From the NCBI RefSeq assembly GCF_006345805.1, contig NC_042998.1, positions 188,356,001 to 188,420,000 of the forward strand: 64,000 bases of DNA, written 5' to 3'. Positions 12,586 through 25,538 of the stretch are shown piece by piece (position 1 is the stretch's first letter; each line of letters starts with the position of its first letter). Below the pieces are notes generated by a model that did not search any database, was not told the origin of the DNA, and saw only the letters and a program-made list of their open reading frames with translations. The DNA is from Octopus sinensis (lineage: Eukaryota). The translations under genes and the position numbers were made by a program.

Positions 12586-15500
12586 GCAACAGTTCATAGG
12601 AATAGTTTGGGATTTACAAATTTTAAGGGGGCAATTGCCTTAAATAGACTTGTCATATTCAGGGTTATAAAAGCTTTCATCCGTTAGAAATATTTAAAAT
12701 ACACTTTATTTGTTTTTTTCTTCTGCTTACTGTTTTCTTCCTCCCTGTATCACATATTACTGCAGTATGTTAACGAGGATTTCCTTGAAGTTCAATATTT
12801 TAGAGTTAGTCAAATTATACACTAGTATTTAACATTTTGAACGTAGAATTAAACTCTTATAACAGTTCGTATGAAACCCTCTTTTCAGGAACTAAACAAT
12901 GTTTTAATAGCAACATATTCCCTAAATTAATGTTTGCACATGAATACGTGCACACATACATGCACGCACTGGTATGTGTGTTGCAGGTCTCTCAAGTCGG
13001 TTTCATCGTAGGACTGTTCATGTCTCATCACTAGAACGTATTATTCATACCGTTATGTGTAACTGAGCTCACACACACACAAAGAAGAAATTCTCATTAC
13101 ACAAATGGCAAAGCTTCGAATCACAAGCCCGGTTCATTCGATGGCTTCACAACAGCTCTGTTTCAGGTAATGCAATCTCCCCGTTTGATGTAGGTCAATT
13201 TCGAGATGGATGCTACTTGGCAAAAGTACCACGCACGTTGATGGAATGCGAAATTCCGAGATTACCATCCGAAGTTAATTGTTCAACACATGATCAAAAC
13301 TTGTGTGATAAACAACTATGCAAAACGATATGTTTCGGTAAAAAATCTGAACTGCTCATGAGCTTCTTAGAGACCACCAATTCGGTTTTTGTTGGGTCGA
13401 ATATACCTGAAACATGCATTTCTATATCATTTTCCGGTGCTCTAGCATTCTTGATAACTCCGGTAAAAGCAATGTTACGACACTTGACATAGAAAAGCTT
13501 TCGACAAGAAACCTTCTTATTTAAGTTACCAATATAGGACCTCCACTCATTTCTTACGTCGTGTTTTTTCATACGTTTCTCCCAGAGTGCTCTCTGAGAG
13601 CATGTTTTGACGTGGATACTTCCGACTCAAATAATCAATTCGCTGCTCTACTATAAAAGTCTTCTTTCCTATTTCCCTTATGTCATCTCAATTTCGTTAA
13701 CTATACATATCTTGTTTTACTTTCTTAACAATGACATTGATCATATTTTCATCTCCCAAACGACGCAAAAAAAAATGATATCAGTAATAACATTGTTCTA
13801 CTCCAGCATTATTACCGCAACATACAAGCACTACATATTTGAGAAGACAAGGTTTCTTGTTTTAGCTGTCAACAATTTGCTTAAATTTCCGGATGCTGTA
13901 ATAGGGACCGCCTTAGCTGACGGAACACAAACTGCGAAAATTCGAGAATGCAAACCCCGTCATTTCCCTCTTCGAAAATACAGCGAATAGCTATCTAATA
14001 CTTTGAATCTTACTTTGAGCTTAAAACAGCCATTCAGTGATATGCGTGTGCGCATATACTCATTATGTATGTCGGTTCACGTACAACCAATGTGACTCAA
14101 TTTGAATAACCTCTCTTCGTATGACACACCCTCTCACTGTCTTCATAATTTACGTTTTCTAATTCTTTTCCACTCCCATTCTATCTCTATTTTAATCGGC
14201 GTATTTAAAACAGAGAAAGAACTATACAGCTTAATGTTTCTCGGCTAAGACACATGCTATTTGTTCTCTACAAGCAATAATAATAGTGACTATGATAACT
14301 TAAAAAAGCACCAGCAATAATACCTAAACATCATGTGACACGAATCAAAGAACAAAGCTAAAAATTATAAACAACCAACAAACTAAATTTCATGAATAGA
14401 AAATCGAAAGCACTATGTAAAGAGACAAAATAAAAGAAAATGCATGAATGAAGTAAAAGGCATAGTTAGAAAATGAGATAAGCGATAGAGGAGGCCTTTT
14501 GATTGTTGAAATCTCGTATTTCACGTATTGTAGCCCAATAAAATAGTTTCTGTTAGTTTCTAGCGAGATAAGTCACAGTTATCGCTTCGTTTCTAGTAAT
14601 TCCATCATGCACAAATGTATATACAAATTCATTTTATATGCACTCGTAAAGACATAAATACAAATATATACCCTACTAACAGAAACATGTTTAATGCCAT
14701 AAGTAGCATATCCATTACCAAGCCTAACATGCTATAAACACTACATGGAAGGTATATGTTACTTACCCTAGATATAAAGGAGTGCAATAAATTGGAGTTG
14801 TGACGCTTAAGCATTGCCCAAAGTTATTAGAGGCTTGGGTGGTATGGAATGTTTAGTTTGTAAGAGAATTCATTGTTTGTAGTAGTTTTTAAGCTTTTGG
14901 TGCAACAAGACTTCCTTCTATATCTTTGTAATTACTTAATACGTCCTTAATACTAGATCAATAATATCTTATATATTGATCATAAAATATTATTTCTAAA
15001 AGTGATTCTGACTTCAAGTATTCTCTGCCTTGTGTCTTCAACAAGTGAATAAACTTTCTGATCTATTTGCAAAATGATGCATCGGGCTAGATTTGGGTAT
15101 ATTGTAGAAGTGCTTAACTATCGAAACGTTATTATGCTACATTATATAAAACCTATTTGTATTTGAGATAAATATATTTAGTCTGCATAATTAAGATCTC
15201 ACCCAAACTACAATTTAACGCTGATACTCAAATGTTTAACGTATCTCAGTGTGGTTTCTTGGTATCAAAGTTTAGATTTTATCAGTTTGTTTTTGTCACT
15301 GCATGTCCGGATTCTGCAGTGTGGCCCGATTTATGACGCAGATATATTTTTAACTATCATTATGTAGAATTACTTCAACTATTAAATATCAGTGATCTAG
15401 AGCTCCTTCCGTGTTGCAATTCGATAATTAGATTAGCAATCATAACAATATATCACCTAATAAACACCTTCTCTAGACAGCTGCTTACATGACATTTAGT

Positions 15501-15759
15501 AATTAACTATTGCATTTAGATATAGTTAAGCGAACAAAACTTGCTACCAATTGATCTATGGCTGAAGAGCTTATTATATCTCCTGAGAGATATAATCAAA
15601 ATTTTATAGAGTGAATACATAAACACAGTATAATGTATTTAAGCATTAGACAATTTTGGGGATGGAGGTTTATTACTTTTTAATGTCGATGAGTCAAATG
15701 TTCACAATTTTGTTCATGATTATGAAGAAACTTTAAACATATTTTCTTACTCTTTTCAG

Positions 15760-16019
15760 GAACAAATCTCAGGAATGGAATGCATATAGCAGATTTCTTT
15801 GAAGTGCAGCAAAATACATCTTTTTTATATTTAAAATCACCTTTAAATCGCGAGGACACTGCAGAATTACATTTAACTGTTTTATGTACTGTACATCTAC
15901 CAACGCAAAAAGTTTCTAAATTTAAAAGAAACATTAGAGTGATTGTAGGTGACGTTGATGATAATCCACCTTTATTTCAAACATTACAACATTTTCAAAG
16001 AACAATTAATCCAGCGGAG
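15760..16019 (+). CDS. Ret: Ret exon, CLD2 (TNLRNG...LNREDTAELHLTVLCTVH...VGDVDDNPPLF...NPAE)
   Basis: Acceptor tcttttcag, donor gtaaac at 16020. Cadherin motifs LNRE and DVDDNPP; CTVH is also present in human RET. Confidence 0.92.
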
Positions 16020-16154
16020 GTAAACATTTCAGAAAGTATTCATACAAACAGGCACAAAGCCTATTTTTGAATGAGATATAATTTTGTTGATGAACAGATT
16101 TTTTACACTGTGATAGAAGACTAGAACTTCAGAAACAGAAACCTGCAATTTGTG

Positions 16155-16201
<47 letters not shown>

Positions 16202-16732
16202 GATATATATATAACGATATATGTAAACAAAGTTTGCTTTTTCTCTTTTTTAAAAAGCGCTGAGATGTATTGAAATATACAAATATGGAAATGTTGAATA
16301 GCACGAATAGGATAGAACATCCTTATATTGCAGAATATTTTTTTTGTTAGCGGCTAGCCATGAGAGTCGAACTTACATCTCTGTGATTACCGGTCAAGTG
16401 CTTTACCTTTAAGCTAAACTGCCCACTAACAAATTCTTCTGCAATTTTTGAACTTGTAGATTTAGCTTTTATAGACGCTATATGTGAATTTACGATATAT
16501 ATATATATAGTTGTAAAAAGATTAGAGAGCAATACAAATTAAATTTTTATATATAAAATATGAAAGTGGAAATAGCACTGAAGAAAATCTCAGACATTTC
16601 AATTTAAGAAGGAATTTAAAAAAATGATTTTTTGAAAAATTTTATTAAATTCCTTCTTAAATTGAAATGTTTTAGATTTACTTCTCTGCTATTTCCACCT
16701 TCATATCATATCGTATCATATCATATCATATC

Positions 16733-16779
<47 letters not shown>

Positions 16780-16860
16780 GTATCTGTAATAATAATATGT
16801 GATAATTATTCGGATGAATGAGCAAGAAAATATACAAAATTTTGGATAATTCTATACCTC

Positions 16861-17050
16861 GAGAAACATGCTTTGCGACCCATCCTAAACATACCAAGTT
16901 CTCCATTTCCTATCCCCAATTCCTCCGTCGGCGCAGGCTCTGCAGTGACAACCATGACTTTAAGACTCAGTCTCAACTCATGGCTCGCCACTTCATCCTA
17001 CATGGATATCTCCTCATCACTATCCACTCCAACCTTACCAGAGCACTTCC
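16861..17050 (+). mobile_element. Penelope-like retroelement RT C-terminal fragment
   Basis: THPKHTKFSISYPQFLRRRRLCSDNHDFKTQSQLMARHFILHGY matches the PLE pattern HP.H.K.SIPYSQ.LR.RR.CS....F......F..RGY. Confidence 0.8.
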
Positions 17051-17404
17051 GTGGACCGTGCATCTGCTCTCTCCCCCTCACCCGCCCCGCCGTCACCCGT
17101 CTCCCGTCCACTCTCGCATCTCCCACACCTCAATACCATCACACCACACCACACACCACCACACCACCCGCGCACACTAGCACTGGCCCCTTCCCAGCAC
17201 CCACACCATCATCCACACACCTACACATGCACACACGCACACGTCAAAGTCACCAGCCCCTATCCGCACGCACATACACGCCCTCACATACAAACGCACG
17301 CACACCTTCGTTTTGGCTCACCTTTCTTCCTAGCTCTCCTGTCTGGACCACCTCTGTCCGGCATTCGCACTGATTGATCGCTAGCCACTAAACCATTTTT
17401 TATT

Positions 17405-17557
17405 TTGTCTTTCTGCTTATTTCTGTGTTCCTTTCTGTTGAATAGCGTAGGCTCGGAACGTAAAAAAAAACTTTCTCACTTCCTGAGCATTAAACTAATA
17501 TATCTGTTTATTGTTTACACGCCCGTCTTCAACTTTGTATTTTTTTGTAAATTCCAA

Positions 17558-17558
<1 letters not shown>
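17405..17558 (+). mobile_element. Penelope-like terminal repeat fragment
   Basis: Homologous to 441-600; lies downstream of the PLE RT fragment. Confidence 0.55.
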
Positions 17559-17646
<88 letters not shown>

Positions 17647-18827
17647 TGTATATGTATATATGTCTGTTCAGCCCTTAATACATCCATGTAGCGCGACGCA
17701 ACACACTTCATGTTTGTGTACTTTATTGTAGAAAAAATTCCTTGGATATTTATTGTGCGACTCTTAATTCTCTCTACTCATACTCTATTTATTTCTCCAC
17801 TCTTATTCTTTGTTTCCGCCCTTACTTGCCTCTCTTGTACCTTTCTCTTCTTTCTCTGTCTCCTTTTCTTTCTGTTCTCTCTCTTAATGTCCCCTTCTTT
17901 TCTTCATACTCTATCTTTTCTCCACTCTTATCCTCTCTTTTCTCCCTTACTTGCCTTCCTCGTACCTTTCTCTTCTATCCTTTTCACCCTGTTTCTCCAC
18001 TCTCTCTTCTCCTTGGTCTCCCCTCTCTCTGTATCCTATTCTTTCCCTCGCTCTATATTTCCTTTTCTCACTACGTGAGCGGTATCCGATGAAGGCGGTG
18101 TTGCTCCTTTTTGCCCTGCCTTTGAGCAGACTGGTCATGCTTGTCTGGACTCTTGCTACGTCCATTATAACTTACTCCATTTCATCCTGGTCATTCCCAC
18201 TAAGTTCGTTCGATAGCTACAAAGCTCTTTCTGTTGTATTTGTGGTATTTGTATAATTATTATTATTTTGTTGTGTATAGCCGTAAGGCTATTGTTGTGT
18301 ATAGCCGTAAGGCTTCGTGCTCTTATGCATTCATAATTCTTCGTCTGTATACACTCGCTAGCTTTTTCTCAGTAGCTTAAAGCAGCACTGGCGCCTCCAA
18401 GATTGAGTGGTCTCAGTGATAATGGCATGAAACCACGATGATATTTTGGCTCATTGACTGACGAGGAAAACTCAGCTGCGACTTCCGTGTATCGTGTTTT
18501 TGTGTATATTCTTCGTCCGTTAAGTTTTCAGCTAGTTTCCCGTTTGCTCTCCTTTCGTCTAACTTTTTTCTCCTTGTTGTGTTCTGCCTGTTCAAATCTT
18601 GATACACACACATAGATACACACAATATACTACGCCAATAATGTGAAATAGCTATAACCCGAAAGACAGGTGATACACTAAATTCACGTGGAGCTTTCCC
18701 TAACCTACAGTTGTAGCATCGTGTATCTGTTACAAATTTTATTTTCTAATCTCATTTGTCTGGAAAGCAATTTTCCTTTCCCGACGGAGGAAACTCTCCT
18801 AGTGCATCTCTGTTGCAATTTCATCAC

Positions 18828-18884
<57 letters not shown>

Positions 18885-19138
18885 TTCACTCCATATTCTC
18901 ACAATATTTATCTGAATTCATTATATTATATCTCACCTCCAGTCTCTATGACTCGCTAAAACATGATCAGAAACCAATTGGTCCAGGATACTAGATGGTA
19001 AATGTTTTCCATTTCCAAATTTATTCCTGTCGAATTTTTATCCCAATTTTTTTTGTGGTCATAGAACTTAGCTGTTCTTTCTAATGCGTAGAATCCCTAT
19101 AAGTGGATTCTCTATGTGTTTAAATATACACTATATAT

Positions 19139-19185
<47 letters not shown>

Positions 19186-19780
19186 ATGTGTGTGTGTGTA
19201 TATATATGTGTATGTATGCGAGTATGTATGTATATGCATGTAGAATGTGTATGTGCATATGTTTATTATCCATACTATCGCATTCAGACTGAATGAGTAT
19301 CCACTATGTCCCTAAGCTATTTCGTTTAGCTTAAGTTTGTCATTAACTTTATCCATTAAAAAAAAGGACAAAATAAGTACTAACAAGATGTTGTTTCCGA
19401 GCTATCTCTACATAAATAAATTGGTCTTGTATCTTATAAAAATGATATTTATATAAGAATGAGGACAAAAAACGTTTTTTAAATGATATATTAGAATCTT
19501 AATAATTCAATCTGTTTTCTATTTGCATCATGTTTTTTGTGCACAGAATATGAAAATATCCATTATAGAAAGCGTAAAAATTGCAGTGTTCCTCTCATTC
19601 TGAATAAGATAAACATGTAATAGAAATGAGATAGTTATAATAGAAAAATCAACCAATGAGCGAAGTTACTTTACTGAAAATGGCTAGCACACTGGTGCAT
19701 ATATGTCTTTGATTACTGCAATGAATGAACAAAACAGCCATTAGCAATAAACAGCTCTGTTAATGTAGTAAAATTGAAAT

Positions 19781-20012
19781 GTTGTTTTTTATTACCCACA
19801 AGGGGCTAAACATAGATGGGACAAACAAAGACAGACAAACGGATTAAGTCGATAACATCGACTCCAGTGCGAAACTGGTACTTAATTTATCGATCCCGAA
19901 AGGATGAAAGGCAAAGTCGACCTCGGCGGAATTTGAACTCAGAACGTAACGGCAGACGAAATACGGCTACGCATTTCGCCCGGTGTGCTAACGTTTCTGC
20001 CTGCTCGCCGTC
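19781..20012 (-). mobile_element. SINE family B with 21-bp target-site duplication
   Basis: ttaatgtagtaaaattgaaat at 19760-19780 and 20013-20033. Confidence 0.93.
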
Positions 20013-20152
20013 TTAATGTAGTAAAATTGAAATTGTCCTTCTCAAAAGTCCAGTTAGTTTCACTGACTGAACTGATATTTTCTTGTGATTTCTTGAAATT
20101 TTGCTTGTATGATTCTTTATTGCAGATATTCATATAGTGATGTATTTTTCAG

Positions 20153-20345
20153 ACTATCAAAAGCTTATCTGCCGTGGTAACTGACCGAGACATGGCAACA
20201 GCTGATGAATACGAAGTCACAGCTCGAAACGACCCACTTGGCATTGTAAAAAATATTACAAAAAGAGAATTTCACCACGGACAACTAGTGGACCAAAAAC
20301 CTGTTGCGAATAGCCCCACGGCAACCAGTATTGCAGCAGTAATTG
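20153..20345 (+). CDS. Ret: Ret exon, CLD3 first half (TIKSLSAVVTDRDMATADEY...SIAAVI)
   Basis: Acceptor atttttcag, phase 0, fits the previous exon; DxD Ca2+ motif (DRD). Donor gtaata at 20346 gives phase 1, matching the next exon. Confidence 0.8.
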
Positions 20346-21203
20346 GTAATAATATTCTTATCTTTATTTAGAAATTCATTAATTTGATATGTATTTTTAT
20401 TTACTTCCTAATGATTTCCTTATGATATTTCTTTTCCTTTCTTTTTATTTTTACGATTTCAGAAATATATTTAGACCTTTTGTTTTTCGCATGTATCACA
20501 AAACAAACACCAACGTAGAAATATAAATAAATATTCAAGGTTAGCGAATCCCGTTAGTGGTTTATCCAGCAGTATTTATAAAAACTAGATAGTTTACTTG
20601 CAAATATATTCAAAGTGAGTGTTTTTTCTCGTACAATGAGATAGTTGCATTATTGTATGATCTCACAATAAAATGAATAGTACAATAAACCAATAGTGGG
20701 AAAAGTAAATATCGTTGTTTTATATCATATCTTGTTAACTGGTATCCAACAGGCCAATTATTTGTTCACTTTTATCTTATTTTGTTTCTACTACTTATTC
20801 AGTTGGAAGGTGACAGTGACAACAGATTGCCTGAGCAAATCGACTGAACACATTCTACAATGAACGTTGTTCTAATGTACAGACTTATCAGTTGTTTAGC
20901 CAATGCTTACATCTTGCACCTGTATACTTCACCGAAAGACACGTTTGCAGACACACACACACACACACACACATACACACACACACACACATACACACAC
21001 ACACACACATACACATGGCTCTTTCTAATTTAAACACAAGACCAGTAGTTTGAAATGAAGATACTAGTCAATATCATCGACTCCAATAATTGACTGATGC
21101 TTCATTTTATCGTTCCTTAATTGATGAGAGACAAAACTAATCTGGTGGGATTTGAATGAATTCTTTTTACAACACTCTACGATTTTACTAGCTCGCAGCC
21201 TAA

Positions 21204-21230
21204 ATAATAATAATAATAATAATAATAGTA

Positions 21231-21277
<47 letters not shown>
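21204..21277. repeat. (TAA)n microsatellite abutting the R4-like element
   Basis: Directly visible. Confidence 0.95.
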
Positions 21278-21278
<1 letters not shown>

Positions 21279-22510
21279 GGAAGTAAACATGAAGAGAAGT
21301 AAGGGTGGACGTGGGCTGATTAGCGTACATCACCAGCGGATTAGAGTGCATCACCAGCAAAAGAAGAAACACGGCAGAATATTTGGTAAACAGCAAAGAA
21401 GACCTGCTGCAGTATGCTACTAGCGCAAAAGGAGTTAACAAAAATGGACTTGAGAGTGCTCATAAATTCCGAACAAGAACAGCCAAGGAGAGAGAAGAAA
21501 CCCTACTCCTTATGGAATTACATTGTCAGTTCCACCGTGAAACCAATAAATAGAAAGACCAAGAAGCATCATAGAGGTGGCTCAACAAGGGTGACCTAAA
21601 AAAGAATACTGAAAGCCTAATCATCGAGGCCCAGGACCAGGCATTGAATACCAACTCAGTGAAAAAGAATATATACCAGTTAAGTACATCGGATCTCTGC
21701 AGACTATGTAGGTAGAGGGTCGAAAGTGTGACTCACATTGTCAGTGATTGTGAAAGTCTTGCGCAGAAAGAGTACCAGCGTAGACTTGGCAAAGTAGCCC
21801 AAAACCTCCACTAGCTACTATGCCGTAAGCGTGGATATGAGGTTACGGATGCTTGGTACCAACATATCCCGGAAAAGGTAATGGACGAAAAGGGGAAGTC
21901 AAAAATTCTCTGGGACTTTGATTTCCAGACAGATCAAGTGTTAGAGCACCGAAGGCCGGTTGTAGTAACCTTTAGAAGGGACAAATAAGAGTGCTTAATA
22001 ATCGACGTAGCAGTGCCAGGAGATCAACACATAATCATGAAAGAAAGAGAAAAAGTTGATAAATATGGAGACCTGCGAATTGAGATCGCTAAGATGCGGT
22101 AGCTACGAGAGATGCGTGCATAAGTGACAAAGAACTAGAAAAAATTGAAAAGTACAGACTACCAAAAGACGAAATTGCAAGAATGTGGACTATGAGGAGA
22201 GTGTCAGTCATTCCTGTAGTTGTAGGGGCACTCGGAGCACTAACAATCAAGTACAAGAAATATGTTAAAGAAATCGGAATTGATATGAGAGCAGAGCAAA
22301 CCCAAAAGCTGCTCTACTAGGGACGGCTATGATTTTAAGATTGGTACTTGGATGTTGAATGTCTTCTACGAGTTTTAACAACCAAATATCAAAGCTTATA
22401 ACGTGCGGAAAGAGACCCTGTGAAACCCTCTGACAGCAGGCTACTGTCTGCCCCCCACAGAATCTGCCAGAACAAACAAGACCGAACGTTCTGAGAAGTA
22501 AAACAGTTAT
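21278..22510 (+). mobile_element. 5'-truncated R4/Dong-like non-LTR retrotransposon (restriction-like endonuclease type), decayed
   Basis: TESLIIEAQDQAL..CRLC..VTHIVSDC..LAQKEY (CCHC knuckle), KILWDFDFQTD..HRRP..IIDVAVPGD..EK..KY, VIPVVVGALG; several stops. Confidence 0.88.
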
Positions 22511-24336
22511 AATAATATACGATGGACATCTACATATGTTTCTTTTACCTCGTTTCACTCCCAATCATGTCAGACCAAAACTATGACTAAAGACACTTTC
22601 GTAAGGCTCCGTACTGTCGGATGAAAACAAGACTACGTGGTCGCGAAACAAACTTCATAACTATACAGCCATGCATATTTGAATGTCAGTTTAATATATT
22701 TTATAGTATAACAAAGAAAAAAGAAGTATATCAGCTAGCTGAACACAAGTGACAACCAAGTTGTAATTAATGATAAATTTATGTATAATAAATATATAAA
22801 TGAACTCTTTGCTCTAGGTGAATGCGATGAAAGATATAGTTTGATTTGATGGATTTGATATTGCAGTGATTGCACAGATAAGCAGAAAAGTATTTAATGA
22901 ACAAGCTGATGACCTTAATTGAAATGCTGTTTGTTGTTTTTACTGATTATCTTAATAGGATATTGAATTCTGCTGCTTTGCAATTTCGTTTCGTATACAT
23001 ATAAAAATAGTTTTGAATATTGCGAAGCGTCTTTCAATAAATGCTTTCCAACAAAGCAAGAAAGATACATTTCATCTCCATAAAGATGCCTTTATTTTAC
23101 TTTTCCTGCAATAGCACACAATCTGTTATCTCGTTGCATAAACTATAATTTGAAACTGAATAGTTGTGATCTAATCTAAACTAGCACACTTGTATACACC
23201 AATAGCCAACTAATTGTTTTATGTATCTGAAAACGAGACCGAAACTATCAACGGGTATATATATATATTCAATATCCCCATATATATATATATGGGGATA
23301 TTGTATATTTTCTTTGTTAACCTTAACTTCATGTTTCCTCTTTAATCCCTTTGTAATGAGGCCTTTTCGATGATTTAGGAGATGATTAAGACCACAAATT
23401 TTCTTTGTCGAAATATCCGACTATTGCATTTCTGAAACAACTGGTGGTTCTCTTTCATGCATTAATGTAACTATAGAGTTGAGTTATCTACTAATATAAC
23501 GCAGGGACATATAATATTATTTCAATGCAGCAGGAGGCTAAATGTAGTCGTAACTCTATCCTGTATAAATGCTTCCTCCTTGTTGGAACCAGAGGTAACC
23601 GCACAGCATTTAATCAAACGCTGCAGTATCATAATTCTATTAACATGCATTCAGTTACATTCATATTCCAAGGAATGTTTATTATATGTTGATGTTTCTT
23701 ATGATCTTAACAAGAGAAATTACATTGATAGCAGATACGTAACATCCTTATCTTTCCTGAATCACCACTACTGCCACTATTAATAACGCCACGATGCGAC
23801 CTCAGTTCACATCATAGCTAATTCACTCACATCAAATACATCTGATTACTCTTGCGAGATTTCTTTACAATTGTTGCTATTCTCATTTTCGTGAAAGACT
23901 TGTAAGCCATCTTGCATACGCACAGAAAATCCTCCATATCTTTTTGCTGACTCATCTTTACGATTATTTTTCGTCTCTGACACATGTAACTGAGAACGTT
24001 TGAGTGCATATAAATATATACACATATGCATGTGTATATAGGGATATTCATACTTGTGTCTATCAGTCAATTGTTTTTATTCGAAGCTACATATCAATAA
24101 ATATGTGTGTACGTGCTTCATGTAAAAACACACAAAAGTCTATCAACTAAACTGAAAGAATATTTAGTACATTTAAGTGTTGTATCAACTTTATTTTTAT
24201 AAGGAAAATGTTGTCAGTGTCTTTGAAATATCACTAAAAATTGGCTTCGTTTTTCATATTAAAATAAATATCAAAAATAAATTTCAATGAATCAGTCTAT
24301 CAATCATTCATTCATCAATCAGTTTGCTCGTCCGTC

Positions 24337-24370
<34 letters not shown>

Positions 24371-24840
24371 TGTCTGTCTGTCTCTCTCTCTCTGTCTCTC
24401 TCTCTCTATCTATCTATTTGTCCGTCAGGCTGTTTGTATATGTCTGTCTGTCTATCTGTCTATATCCTTATCTGTCTGTCTGTTTCTCTATTCGTCTCTC
24501 TCTCTCCCTCTTTCTCTCATTCCTCTCATTAAAGCATTATTGTTTAAAAGTGAAAATTCAAGTTTGAATCCAATCTAAAGTTCTGTTATAGATTTCAGAA
24601 TAAGATAATAATAAGATAATAATGATAATCAGAGATGGAAACGATCGTACCTTGGTGTAAGCCTCTAAACATGAAACAAGATTAAAAGTCTGGGAATTTC
24701 GTAGTATAGCATTTAAAAGATTAATTTTTATTATATATTGTTATAATTACATTTAGAAAGTATTTTAATTCAAACAATATGTAACTTGTAAGTAGACAAT
24801 TTTAATTTAAACAATATATAACTTGTAAGCCGAAATATAG

Positions 24841-25062
24841 GTTTCAAATTTTGGCACAAGGCCAGCTAGTTTGTGGAAGTAGGTAAGTCGATAACATAGA
24901 CTCCCAGAGCTCAATCGTTTTTTTTTTTGTATTTCTAATCGACCCCGGAAAGGATGAAAGGCAAAGTCGACCTCGGCGGAATTTGAACTCAAAACATAAA
25001 GGTAGACGAAATGCCGCAAAACATTTTGCCTGGCGTGCTAACGATTCTGCCAGCTCGCCGCC
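24841..25062 (-). mobile_element. SINE family B variant (ggccttgtgccaaaattt tail)
   Basis: Core and head match family B; gccgaaatat occurs on both sides (possible TSD). Confidence 0.85.
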
Positions 25063-25090
25063 GAAATATTACCATAAAACTCTTGGTATA

Positions 25091-25315
25091 CTCTTTACTC
25101 TTTACTATTTTACTTGTTTCAGTCATTTGACTGCGGCCATGCTGGAGCACCGCCTTTAATCGAGCAACTCAACCCCGGGACTTATTCTTTTGTAAGCCCA
25201 GTACTTATTCTATCGGTCTCTTTTGCCGAACCGCTAAGTAACGGGAACATAAATACACCAGCATCGGTTGTCAAGCAATGCTAGGGGGACAAACATAGAC
25301 ACACAAACACACACA

Positions 25316-25373
<58 letters not shown>

Positions 25374-25538
25374 TACGACGGTCTTCTTTCAGTTTCCGTC
25401 TACCAAATCCACTCACAAGGCTTTGGTCGGCCCGAGGCTATAGTAGAAGACACTTGCCCAAGGTGCCACGCGGTGGGACTGAACCCGGAACCCCGTGGTC
25501 GGTAAACAAGCTACTTACCACACAGCCACTCCTGCGCC
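25091..25538 (-). mobile_element. SINE family A, full length
   Basis: Reverse complement of the 4186-4603 type. Confidence 0.92.

Noticed and set aside
17710-18256. Hydrophobic membrane-protein-like ORFs
   Set aside because: CT-rich low-complexity sequence next to Penelope remnants.
20339-20345. Alternative phase-0 donor gca|gtaatt for the CLD3 exon
   Set aside because: Weaker site and incompatible with the phase-1 acceptor at 29245.
20803-20900. Candidate exon after ttattcag
   Set aside because: The required phase 1 frame stops at once and the other frames stop before a good donor.
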